Origin: Blasia pusilla | Taxonomy: Eukaryota | DNA length: 64,000 bases | Direction: 5' to 3' | NCBI GenBank assembly: GCA_050084515.1 | Contig: CM114271.1 | Span: 930,001-994,000 of the forward strand | Part shown: positions 13,855 through 25,803 of the stretch, in pieces | Numbering within the stretch: position 1 is the first letter of the stretch | How the letters are laid out: the number at the start of each line of letters is the position of its first letter | Program-made: the position numbers and the translations under genes | Notes under the pieces: generated by a model | Told to the model about the DNA's origin: nothing | Database searches by the model: none | The model's input: the letters and a program-made list of their open reading frames with translations, nothing else

Positions 13855-14117
13855 GATCTTGAAAAGGAACTGGCAGAATCCAAAACCATGAACAAGGATG
13901 AAATCGGGATCCGTTGGCGATGGCGCTGAGTTCGGGGGAGCTCTTGCAAAGGAACTGGTAGAATCCAGGACCATGAAACAAGGCTGAAGTCGGGATCCGT
14001 TAGCGACGGCGGTGAGTTCGGGGAAGATCTTTGAAAGGAACTGGTAAAATCCAGGACCCTGAAACAATGATGAAATCGAGATCCATTGGCGCTTGCGCCG
14101 AGTTCGGAGGGATCTTG
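13855..14117. repeat. Three tandem 85-86 bp units
   Basis: ggaactgg-a-aatcca-gacc...gatcc-tt-gcg...gagttcgg recurs at 13866, 13951 and 14037. Confidence 0.9.
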
Positions 14118-16582
14118 GAGTTTCGCATATATAGAGAAGGTAAGTCAAATTATGATATCATGTCTACCTTGTCTGATTCTGTGCCATGAAGATGTGCACA
14201 ACCTACTGATATGATGCCTGGTCTGGAACCGCCTACTTCCCAGGGTATGGGACTGGATAGGTATGTATTCTAAGCTTCAGAGATGGAGAGAAACGTCGAG
14301 AGGAAGGAGTAGAAGATGTCGGAGACGGTGTCAATCAACTAAAATGATGTAGCTGTCGTTCAGATGAAAGAAATGATTGGAATGTTGATTAGAAGTTTGT
14401 TGCCACCTTTGGAGGTATGAGCAGTGAGAAGACGACGACTCCTGTTCACCGGTATGATGGCAATCATTATGGTTCAGATTTGGATTGTCTGATTCAAAAT
14501 CGAAAAATGCGAATGGAGTGAAGAGAATGAACGGAAAGAAGCTCGAGATTGGAATCCCACCCCACATTGCTTGGAGTGAGAAGTTTGTCTCAATCATGGT
14601 ATTATGTATTTGTTAAATCAGCTGCGGAGCATGAGGTGTCCACATGACACTGCACATGGACCACTAGACACAAGAGGAGAGGTAAAGGAGAGAGGACAAC
14701 AAAAAGTAGTTTTCTTCCAGTTGAGAGAAACGCTCACCAGCCTCAAAATTACCGTCCGAAGTAGAACTGCCTGCAGTGGGAAGAATACTGCACACGTTTA
14801 TCTCAATCATGGCGGTTACTTGTTCCATCCGCTGTGATCCCAGTCATCATGGCTAGTATAAAAACTACATTGTACTAAGAGAAATCACAGATGCCTACAG
14901 ACTCCCATGACCCACAACCTCCCAATGGGGACCGAGACTTGAAAGCTCATGAACTGGGAAAGGCAAGGCTGTGCTCAAATACCAACATCCCGAGAAGCTG
15001 ATGGTTCTACAGTGGCACAACCTGAGGAGAAGAGAATCAAAAGGTCAGTGTGAAAGATATCCAGAAAAGTTTGGCTGAGACTGCTCTATGATTGAGCACT
15101 CCTGGGAGCATGCTCTATGATTGAGAACTCCTGGGCGCATGCAAGCATCTGCTATTACTTCGGCATTTTGTTTGAGCTTTTGATTTGAACAATCTCTGCT
15201 CTGGTGCTCACCTCCAGTTCATGGCAACGCTAGCCCAGTGCAAATTCCCAAGAATCCATCTCAAAAGTAAAAGCCAATGAACCTTTGAATAGATGCTGCA
15301 GAGGCTCAAAACCACTCTATTCTGTCTGAAGCATCATGGCTACCTGCAACTAAACTCAAGCAGCATGTTCATTTGAACCTTGGACTGGATGTTGCAGATT
15401 CTTCAATATCAGCTGAAGCGCAACTTAGTTTTTGAATCAATCTTATACTTCCAAACTAATGGTAGACTTCATGGTAACATGTAGTCAGCCAGCATAGACC
15501 CATGTGCTGACAGTCATTGAAGCGACAAGATGCTAACATTTGTTTGCAATTCATAACAAGTTATCCAAGCTCACCCCGCAATTTCTACAGATGAAAAAAT
15601 TGTTGCAAACCAGTGATCAGTGCACAGAAAGTACACTTGGTAAACATACTCTCTCCTTCATTTCAGAGTCAAATTCCAACTCCCCTTGTTACTCAAAACA
15701 AACTCACCTAGTTTTTACAGCTAGCCGTAGTAAAGCATTCTCCACATTACAACTGATCCAAAGTACTATACAAAGCCCAACTCTTAGATTGCACTGATGG
15801 CGCTCGGCGCTGTTTAGTGAACTAAACTCACCCATTTTGCATCCGTTCAACTGCTTCAGATAATAGAGCAACTTCCCAAAAGCTGCCTTCGAAAGATCCC
15901 TTCAGGATGGTGGTGGCTAATCAACCACCAACTCTCACCAACTGCGAGGCAAATACAGTCCTAACGAGGTATATGTATCACCTGCTTGCCTGCTGTAGAT
16001 TCTAAAGCTGTACAAGCTCTGCAAAGAGTATGGTGAAATCTGCAGCCTACTGCATAAGTACAAGGGCTCTCTCGCATTCCAAACTCCCAGATTGGGCCCC
16101 TCAAGAATGAAATACCTCTCTCAGCTCACAACACGGACATAAGCAACAAACCTTGCATCTACACAGAGTTGCCATAGATCAAACAGCTACTTTGAACTGT
16201 TAGGATCATATGATGAAGATGCAACTCTGTACCCAACCTGGCAAAGAGGAGTTCAAGAGTGAATCCTCAATTAAGGCACTGGGGGAATGTTTGTGTTAGA
16301 TGACGGAAACCAGTAGTACATACTGTGTGGAATTGTCAAGTGGGAGCAATGTCGAGCCGATAAAAAGGAAAGACCAGGACCTGGTTCCTGTCGGAAGAAA
16401 CTCATGTTCAGACTCGTCGGAGGTGGCTCGGATGGTGGCCCAGCAAGAAGAGTGGCAAGAATTTCCTCAACTGGGAAGGAGATGAACACAACATGTTCAC
16501 GGTGAGAAAGAAGGCCCCAACTTAGACATGGAAAGACCCGGCTACGTGCGATTACTGCATCGACTGAATGTTTTTGTGTAGA

Positions 16583-17085
16583 GTGATGGAGAGAAAGAGA
16601 TACACTACATATCCAATGGATTTGTCAAGTGAGCAATCTCCAATTGACAAAAACAAAGACCTATCCGGAAACACAGCGATCCTCCATAGGCCTTGCTCCT
16701 CAGAAAGTAAAGACATGTGAGTGGATATCCCTGAGTGAAGTAGACGAATCACATATCATGTGGATTTGTCAGTGGGTACTTCTGTGTGAAGTGATGGACA
16801 TGAGCACTTCCTATTCCACGAATTTGTGAAGAGAGAGGACAATCTCTAATCGAAACGAAGGGGAGGCCTCTCAAGAGGACACAGTGATCATCAATAGGCC
16901 TTGCTCCTCAGACCGGAGACATGTGAGTGGATATTCAAGTTTGAAGTGATGGAAAGAAGCCCTACGTATTCCATGGATTCATCAAGTGAGATAGAACCAT
17001 CTTTAATCGACATCAACGAAAGACCTCTCAAGAAAACGCAGTGATCCTCCATAAGCATTGCTCCCCAAACGAAAACATGTGACTA
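16583..17085. repeat. Three degenerate tandem units (~155-210 bp) directly downstream of the 17098-17478 gene
   Basis: gtgatgga...cag(c/t)gatc-tc-ata-g-c-ttgctcc...acatgtga recurs from 16583, 16791 and 16946. Confidence 0.8.
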
Positions 17086-17097
17086 TCAACACCGATC

Positions 17098-17478
17098 TTA
17101 ATAACCTGGAGGTGGTGCCCAAGGTGCGTGGAGATATCTATGATAGGGTATAGCGATCAGCAGCCCAACGATGACTACGAAGAGCAAGAAGGAGGTGGCA
17201 GGGTCTTGCATCATCGACTCTATCAGAGGAGAGTAGGAGATTCGAGATGTGGGCGGGTTCACTTGAGGAATGCCGACCGCTTGCACAATCAACGCAACGC
17301 ATAGGGGAATCAGCAGCGCCCCCAAGAAGAAATGCGTCTGGATCGATTGCATGGCGTCTTGGACATACTGAGGGTCCACTTCAAGGTACGTCGAGAAACT
17401 CAACAGCATCCCCACCACGATAAGAACGATGATGGGTATTGTCGGTGATGGCCCTTCTGGGTTTTGATTCATAGCCAT
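17098..17478 (-). CDS. Small intronless three-transmembrane plant protein (126 aa), paralogue 1
   Basis: ATG start (MAMNQNP), three hydrophobic helices, and a C-terminal IPYHRYLHAPW. Colinear similarity with 20792-21217 (PSP-IP---L, YL, IPL---VQ--G-PQ, YSP-IE, IP-H-Y-H--W). Confidence 0.8.
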   Translation of the reverse strand: MAMNQNPEGPSPTIPIIVLIVVGMLLSFSTYLEVDPQYVQDAMQSIQTHFFLGALLIPLCVALIVQAVGIPQVNPPTSRISYSPLIESMMQDPATSFLLFVVIVGLLIAIPYHRYLHAPWAPPPGY

Positions 17479-18039
17479 GTTTTGATTCCTTCTTCTTGAT
17501 CCAAGCTCGCTCACCCTTCCTCCTCCTCCTCCTCCTCCTACTTTAACACTGATAGAAGAGAACACACGATAACCCAAGAGTCCCGGCACAATACTCCAAC
17601 GCCTCCCCACCAACGAGAAGAAATGAAGCAGCAACCCCTCCAGATCTTCTACAGTCTGCTCACACAGCGGCAGCACCACAGACCCTCTGCTCCTCAGCTG
17701 CTGCTCGTCTCAACGGCAGAAATCCACAGAAGAAATAAAAGGAACTTGTGCCACTTCATAACACTGTACTCACTCCGGCGCAATCTCCTCCTCTACTCCT
17801 CTCCTCCCGGAGCGACGGAATCCGAGGAACTGAAGCCCAGTACGCAGATCCCGGAAGGAATGGAATTCCACAACAGCAACAGCACCAGAACGGCCGGCTC
17901 GGAAGGAGGACCCAGTCAAGAAACAAAGAGCATGCAACACGGACACACTCGGACGGCACCCACAAACAGACAGGGGACCCTTCTTATCCTCTTCGTCGGT
18001 CAACTTCGGAATCCGACCTAGATGGCAAAACCCAACGAC

Positions 18040-18985
18040 TGAATCTGCTCGAGGGACGCAACGAAATCGGCTGGCGAGATCTTGGTGCCAGTCCTTGAAC
18101 CTCCGGTGATGCAGGTAGGTGGGTAGGGCCGTGAAACAAATGTCTACTTCCTTCCTTCCTTCCTTCCTACCTTCCTTCCTTCCTTCGTACTGTCGTTTGT
18201 TCCCAGATCCAAGATACAGTGGCCACCTAAAAAGCAGCACCTCTCTCTCGGAATCTTCCACCACCTCTTACTAGTTTGATCTTCGTAACCAGCAAAAATT
18301 AAAAATATATTTAATTTCCACCGCCTGCACAATCCAGCCTTCAGTCCTATCGTACTGCGATGTGTACTCTCCAAGTCTCCATCAGCTCGAGAAGCAGCAG
18401 CAGGTGAGGATGACATAGACTGGGAGACGAAATCCTTTAAATACCCAGTGAGTGCTTTTCAGCTGTCGTGCACCGAAAGGGGACATGTCCACGAACACCC
18501 ACACCGCAATTATCTCGTGAGAAGCTAAATTTGATGCAACCAGACCTAAAAGAAGGACTACGGACTCGTGAGCTGGGCAGGCATGCAGAAGGACCAGAAC
18601 TGTAACCTCGAGGTACACATCCCCACCATAGCTAGCTGGCTGGCTAACCAGCCAGCTAGCCTAGACAGAGTACCACTCTCGTCTCCAGGGTTGGGCAACC
18701 GATTCGATGTGTATCCATGGCTCTACTCACAGGAAGCTGAGCGATGTCACTGTCTCCTGGCGTTGAACCATTCTTCGGATCCCACAAGCTGAAACCAAGC
18801 AGCAGCACCGGTAAATTCCCACCAATCCTCAGGTCAGAACTCTTCATAGACAATGGGTGTGTGCCTTTCTCAGATACTGACAATTCGAAGGTGGGGTCAC
18901 AAACGAATCGTACACAGTCGAGAATCCATGTGGAAAAGTGATGCACGACACAAAACCCTTTATGGTTACCTCTCTGGGGCTGATA
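18040..18985 (-). repeat. Diverged inverted paralogue of 1255-2075; contains (CCTT)n at ~18146-18187
   Basis: Colinear nucleotide blocks are shared with the reverse complement of 1255-2075. Confidence 0.8.
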
Positions 18986-20791
18986 CACACCCTTCCACAA
19001 GTACTTCCAAACCTAAGAGGTGATGGTAGAAATTATCTACCTTTCTCACAAGGTGCACAGTTCTCCGGTGTAAAAGGAGATGGACCTCTTTGGAGCCATT
19101 AATACGATCATGAGGACTAATAAAAGTACCAGTAGGGAGTGGAATACGATTCACTTCACCTTCGATCACAGACAGAAGAAAATCCTTGGCTACAACCAAA
19201 TAGGGGATGATCATATTGACGACGACTGACCACTAACACACAGAAGACCAACAATGACTACAACCACACAAGAAGTGTTCATTTTGCATTCATCACTGAT
19301 TGCAGATGTGCTTCTATGCTAGCCAAGCCTTCGCTACCTCAAAACAGCCAGTCGCTAACATCCACAAGCATTCTCCGTAGGAACCAGGACACCACCGCTT
19401 GAACAAACTCCTTCATGAGGGAACTCGACACACTTTACATGTAGAATACTCAAATCTTGCTGGCTAGACGACACCTGCGAATGACGGAAGGCCACCTCCA
19501 CTGCTTGGAACTTTCGAAGGGAAACGAAAGGGTGGGTATGAAAGGGATCAACAGGAGATCTTCCAAACGACACGGCTTTCCACTGAAAATAAAACCTTAC
19601 TCTTCAATGACCTATACCTTTGACCCTGTGGATTTCATGATGCAAGTCACACCAATCAGGGAGAGAGCTAATTCACACATGACCCAACTACTCGACGACG
19701 ACGGCCATGAGACGCAACCATGGCTACACGAAAAATAGAGGCCAATAATTTTACATCAGGGAAAATTACAAATCAGTGTCCTCACTGAAAACGGCAACTA
19801 ACTAGTCTCTTTTCTCTCCTAGACCAAGTACAGTGGGTTCTTGCTCTTGTTCTAGGCGAAGTAAGCAGCCTCTTGCACAAGACATATCGTATCCTACCCT
19901 CAATTTCGGAAGCTGAAGAACAGACCGTGCACTCTACAATCAAAGCCCCACTGCTATCCATACTCTAGAGGCAGCTGCAGAGTTCATCGGGTTCAGAAGA
20001 GCAGGCGCACAGTTATGGCAGTAGCACAAGCCTCCTGAGGATGTTTGTAAACCGCTCTTGCAGCGTTCTTGTTTGAAGTTCGAGTCATTGATTCCCTTCC
20101 TCTCCACTTTCCAAAACGACCACGAGCATTTCCACCCATTTGTAGACAATATCGCCAGTAGCTTGAGTGACGTGACACAGAAGCTGATCCAAAATTTTCA
20201 TAAGAGAAAAGGTCGCCCTGAAAACAGTTGCAGCCAGTCCTTGGACGATTCTAGCTATCTGCCAGATTCATCGCCGGCAAGGGCGAAAGAGACCTAAGCC
20301 TCGGTTATGTAGATGCGCGGTATGGAGAATCAAACCCGCACTACAGCTTCATCCAGCACATGACAGATCCATAACACTTGGATTCCGAAAAGTGTTTCAC
20401 TCCAGGTGACTGATTCTTAAACCCTCAGAGCCATGAAGCTAGCTAGCTGCCCCGGTGTCTGCGAAGAAGGGCCACAGTTGAGAAAGGTGGTGACAGGCCC
20501 ATGGGTTTCGACGCACATATTCGCGGATGGCATCCTTCCGACTTTCAAACTCGAAACGGTAATAGAAGGGCATAAGGGTGAACCGAACGCGCAAAACCGC
20601 CGCTAACTGAAACCTCGTGGCATGAAGGATTTGAGAATTCGCTCCTCATCGGATCAGAAATATTTACAGGGTTTAAGAAGCAGCTTCTGGAGCCTCCAGT
20701 GGAAACTGGGCAGAGCAACTACAATCCGTAGATGGAGGCTCAGAGAAGGCACAAGGGAAATTGAATTCACCACAGCCCTCCGAATTCGACC

Positions 20792-21217
20792 TCAGAACCA
20801 GCTGGATTTGCGGTAGTAGCGGCCACTGGTCATCATGAAAGGGCTGGTGTGTGCTTGCCAGGAAGAGTGCACGTATGAGTGAAGGGGTATGAGGATCAGC
20901 AACAGTAAGATCAACATGAAGAGAAATATGGACATGGAAGCGTTTCGAGTGAATGTCTCGATGACAGGCGAGTAGCGGTTGCGAACATTGGCAACCGGTA
21001 CCGTGACTGCTTGAGGCAACCCAAACACTTGCACAACCAGCAGCAACATTAGTGGAATCACCACTGTCACCGCACCCAATGTTGCGCTACTCTTCACGCT
21101 GCTAACTTGTGGCGCTGGAGGCTCGTTGTGCAGGTAGCTGGGAAAAGCCATCATAGATCCAATCAGTACCAGTAGCACCACTGGCACCACTGGTGAAGGA
21201 GCATCAGGGTCTGCCAT
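20792..21217 (-). CDS. Small intronless three-transmembrane plant protein (141 aa), paralogue 2
   Basis: ATG start (MADPDAPSP). It has the same three-helix layout and motifs as 17098-17478. Confidence 0.8.
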   Translation of the reverse strand: MADPDAPSPVVPVVLLVLIGSMMAFPSYLHNEPPAPQVSSVKSSATLGAVTVVIPLMLLLVVQVFGLPQAVTVPVANVRNRYSPVIETFTRNASMSIFLFMLILLLLILIPLHSYVHSSWQAHTSPFMMTSGRYYRKSSWF

Positions 21218-21760
21218 GGAGATACCCACGCAATTCCAAGAGGAATTTGGAATCCCCAGAAAACCAAAATGACCCTCTCAAACCAAACGAATCCGAGCTT
21301 CCACAGAATTCCTCGAGTTCCCTTGATCCAATTCAACCAAAGAGCTCGAAAACTCCTCCCGAATCTCCCCCACCTTCACATGCAACTGTTGCAGACGTCC
21401 TCACACTTGCCACCAGTTTCAAGTCACAGCGGCAGCAACGACAAGCTCGTAACAATCCACACTTCTCTTCCACACACGAGAGTGTGAAGGAACTCAGCAC
21501 TCGAACCACAGCTTCGGTGTGGTCGACACTCGTTACCACAGCATCTTCTCAAAAATGGCAATCCACGACATCCAAAATGACCCCAAAGCCTCCGAAAAGA
21601 GTGAGAAACATCGAACACATAGATCCAACGGCGCCAATTCACTGCACTGCAGGATCTCCTGCAACGAGGAAAAAGTGCAGGGCAGTCAGCCACCGCAGCT
21701 TCCAACAGGAGAGGACAAGTAAGTAGATTCAAAGCCCAGAGTGACAGACAGGAGTCACAG

Positions 21761-22159
21761 GAGCTCTGCAATTCGGTATATTCAATGCGGTGCACTACTG
21801 TAGTATTCTACCGTGAATCAGTAGTAGAATAATCATATAATGTAGACCAGAGACTGACAGTGACGACACCATTTCAGTTGTGCATCTATAAGATTCTATG
21901 TCTCTACTAAACCTTCTCTTCCTCTGTCCCCCTATCCTTCTCGCATTCTTTTTCTTTTTCTCTCTCTCTCACTTCTCTCTCACTCTTTGTGTCGTTGCCT
22001 GTGGTCTAATCTGGGATTCGGGAAAATCAACAAGAGCTCTGCAATTTCAGTTTATACTATGCGGTACGCTACTGTAGTATTATACCTTCACACAGTAATA
22101 GTCGAATCATCGTAGTTTAAAGACCAGACTGACAGTGGCTGCACGATTGCGGTTGTGCA
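21761..22159. repeat. Direct repeat of ~125 bp (21761-21884 and 22034-22159) separated by a CT-rich spacer
   Basis: Both copies share gagctctgcaatt, tgcggt-c-ctactgtagtatt, agactgacagtg and gttgtgca. Confidence 0.8.
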
Positions 22160-22770
22160 CATATACCTCTGCATAATCCTTTATTCTCTTCTTTTCGTTC
22201 TGTGTCATCTCATGATTCCGATCTGAGGAATCGGAGCGAATGGGAAAGAAGAAAAACAAAGACATTAGTGAAAGTGGATGCACATTGCACAACCTGCCAT
22301 GCCCAGCTATAAATCCAGCCTGCCCTGCGATCCCTGCCCTCCCGCGGTAACCCCGAAATCACGCACCTCCGGCATTAAATGCTGGGCGTGGGACTGGGCG
22401 AGCGGGAATGGAAACCGGACGAATTGTGAATTTCACCTCACCCCCATTTTGCGCTCGTTTATTCATTAAGACGCTCGGCACGCAGTAAGTGGTGGGCGTG
22501 GGCGTAGCCTCGTAGGCACTTGGCTGCATAGGCAGACACCAGTGGTCTTGAGATCGAGGTCTCTCTGTAGAGTCAGTATTGAACCAGACTCGAATGTGCA
22601 TGAGAGCCGGCATTGAATGCCAGGGCTATGGTGGATCCTTCCCCTGCCATCGTCGCACTTGTGGTGGTGGTTGGTGCTGTGCCATAGCCAGATTGGGGTT
22701 AGAGGGTTTCAGGGTTTGGAGACGGAGACGGCGACGGCGACGGGCGACCTAACGATGGCGAGGGTTCCAC

Positions 22771-23072
22771 GGGATTCTTTTCCATCCCTTCGACGCGACG
22801 CAAGGCTGTCCGTCGCGTCGCCGTTTTCCCTCTTTTGTACTTCCGATGGGTTTTCCATCACTCGTTTTTATCGAAGTGCATCTTTCTTCGACGCGACGCG
22901 ACGCAAGGCTGTCCGTCGCGGCGTCATCGCGATGACGACAACGGCGGCGGCGGCAGAGTTCCGTCCGTTTGACACCATTGTACTTTCTTGTCTTCTTGCA
23001 CGTCGCGGAGTCCGGTGCTACGCGTCGCGGTCTCTCCAGACGCGACGCGACGAAGGTATGGAAAAGAATCCC
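22771..23072. mobile_element. MITE-like element with ~22-bp terminal inverted repeats and internal cgacgcgacg repeats
   Basis: gggattcttttccatcccttcg versus cgaaggtatggaaaagaatccc (one mismatch). No clear TSD. Confidence 0.65.
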
Positions 23073-23084
23073 ACATACGGCCCT

Positions 23085-24770
23085 TGAGCCGGTCCCATGC
23101 GGCCGGCTCCTTGCACGGTCGCAGTCGGGGTCGGCGCGACCAAGGCTCGGACAGTTTCCTTTAGCCCGTCAGTTTTTTACCGGATACATATAAGCCTATT
23201 CGGGTTTTTTAAATGTGAGCCTGTCCTGTTCCTATAGAGATTCGTAGTGTCCAGTTTGTTTCCGGTGGATCAAATGTGTGTGCAGCGGATAATAGGTCTC
23301 GGGGTTAGTTTTCCATACGTATATTGACCAAATTGACCTAAAGTCCTACAAAACCTTTACTAATCTTTAGTAATTCCCATTATAACCCCTCCTAATTCCT
23401 TCTACACTCTAAAAAATTTCGATGGCTTTTATTACCAATCGTAAAAACTATTATCAATCGTCAAAACTACTGGCGGATATTAATAGGGTCGGATGACTTC
23501 CGATACTCTGTTTTTCATGGCCGGTGACCCCTCTGTGAAAATAATTTCCAGATTGGTAAAACACGTTTAGGAACCGGCACCTTTGACAAAGAATTCCGGT
23601 TCTGTCCGAGCCTTTGGCGCGACCGTGCAAGGAGCCGGTTGGAAATAGTGGTAATAGGGTCGCAAATTTCGCGCCTTGTGTATTTCTGGGCGCAAATTTT
23701 ATTGAGGTCCTCGCAATTTCAACTGTTAGATAACAAGCATCCGAACAAACATCCGCGACCCCAAGGTCGGGTCCTGACGACCTCGGCCGCATGGGATCGG
23801 GTCCTGAGACGGGACGTTTCGGAGCCTATCCCGACTCTCGTAGGTTGAAACGGATTCCGGCCCCGCGAGCTCTGAAAGTAGAATTTACATGTTCAAACTT
23901 TTCGCTACACAATCCCGATCCCATGGACACACTTCATTTTTTTAGCGACCCTATAAGAAAAATAGTGGAAAAGTAAGACTAAGGAGCCGGTCCCATGCGG
24001 TCGGTTCCTTGCACAGTTGGGGTCGGCGCAACCCTGCAAGGAGCCGGTTGGAAATAGTGGTAATAGGGTCGCCAACTTCGCACCCCGTGTATTCTCGGCG
24101 AGAATTTTATTGAGGTCCTAGTAATTTCAACCGTTAGATAACAACCATCCGTGACCCTTGGGCTGGGTCCTACCGACCTCTGCCGCATGGGATTGGGTCC
24201 TTAGGACCCGATCCCATGAGGTCGTAAGGAAGTGGCTAGGACCCAACCCCATGGTTCCGGATCTTTGTTGATCCGACGGATGAGATTCATGCGACTTAAA
24301 CAGAATTCGTGATGTTAGAACATAAGGCGCAAATATCTGCAATTTTGTTACACTTGCTAGAAGAAAGTAACGAAGGGCTTTACGAAGGTCGTAGTGACCC
24401 TACTAGACTGGGCAGGGAGCCGGCCCCATGGGACTGGGTCCTAAATAACCATTGTGCGGCCTTGAGAGGGGGAAATTTGAGAGTTAGGACCTGGTCCCAT
24501 GTGGCAGAAGTCAGCAATACCCGGCCCAAAGTCCTGGATCAACCAGATCCCACGAATGGGCTATAAGCACGTTCAAGGACCCTCGACCAGATTCGCATCG
24601 TTAGAAAGCAAGGCGCAAGCTTTTGTGACCTTGTCACCACCCATTTCCTGTTATTAGGATTGGCGAAGAGGGAATAAAAATTGAGAGATTCTTGTGGTTG
24701 CTGTACTTGTCCGACAACGACCCTACAGTTGCGACTAGGCAGGGAAAGGGCTCCATGGGACCGGGTCAGT
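23085..24770. mobile_element. Cluster of about four Tourist/PIF-Harbinger-like MITEs (~220-280 bp each)
   Basis: A recurrent imperfect TIR gga(c/g)c(c/t)g(g/a)tcccatg bounds units 23085-23805 (interrupted), 23983-24200, 24204-24440 and 24487-24768. TAA/TTA flanks occur at several ends. Confidence 0.65.
23141..23615. mobile_element. hAT-type MITE nested in a Tourist-like MITE
   Basis: TIR caaggctcggacag / ctgtccgagccttt with a perfect 8-bp TSD GGCGCGAC (23133-23140, 23616-23623). The sister host copy at 23983 lacks the insert. Confidence 0.88.
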
Positions 24771-25499
24771 GTGAAAGACACATGGATAGGTTAGATATTG
24801 AGAAAAAAAAAACAGCCATTGCATGTAGTGGTCGTAAAAAATTAATTACATGTTTGAATTTTTTAATCTATTTTGAATTGATAGAAAAAATAAATACGAA
24901 TGGAAACAAAAAATTAATTAATTAATATTTTATATCAAAATGGGTGATCTTAGATGTACAATAAGAAAAAAATTTGGTATAATGGAAAAGGAACAAAAAT
25001 TTACAGATTTTTTTACTTAGTTCATATCTGATGGGGATGGAAGATGAATTTTAATCCAAAAGGAATAAAAATTGTTTAAATTTTCGGAAGGTGGAGTTAT
25101 TTAGGGGAGTGGGATATCATTTAAATTTTAATTGGGGTGTGGAATTACTCATAAGAGTGGAATATTATTACTCTTCTAAAATTTAATAAAATTTAATTAA
25201 TTCTAAAATAAAATAAAATATATGATCATTTTATAAAATAATCATGTTAATTCATATTTGATATTTAGGGAAAGGAAAATAAATTTTCATGGAAAAGGGA
25301 AAATATTTCATTAATTAAAATTAACGAAGAATTTAGGTATTGGATGTTATTTTGGAGAGTTGGATATTATTTAAAATTTTATTGAAAAGTAGAATTATTT
25401 TAAAATTTCAATGTTATTACTCTTTTAAGATTTCAGAAAGTGGAAATTATATTCAAATTTTGAAATGAAAAATAATTGTAATTTATTAAAAAAACATTT

Positions 25500-25803
25500 T
25501 CGTGTGCAAGCACGGGCATGCTAACTAGTAGATTACTAATCTATATCTATGTTATTAACGAAGAATGGGTATATCTATCTATATTCTTAACGCACGATGG
25601 GTTGAGAGAATCCTTCCTTCTCCTATCGACACCGATCCTTTGAAGGCTTCTCTGCCGTTGACACATATTAATACAAGGGAATTAAAGAAAAGGTGAAGAA
25701 GAGAAAAGTAAATTGAATGAGGAGAAAAAAGGAAGACGAGTAGAAGAATTTTTTTTTCCAGATTTCAATGTCACTCGTGCAAAGCACAAACAACACTCTA
25801 GTA
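25500..25803 (+). mobile_element. Non-autonomous Helitron-like 3' ends
   Basis: A short hairpin followed by CTAG-T occurs at 25501-25529 (cgtgtgcaagcacg...ctagt) and 25776-25803 (cgtgcaaagcac...ctagt). TCTATA-type starts lie at ~25540 and ~25574. Confidence 0.5.

Noticed and set aside
13855-14117. CRISPR-like array
   Set aside because: Whole units are similar with no unique spacers, the context is eukaryotic, and there are no cas genes.
17479-17679. N-terminal extension of the 193-aa ORF
   Set aside because: It starts at a non-ATG codon, crosses a (CCT)n tract, and has no counterpart in the paralogue. ATG 17478 is preferred.
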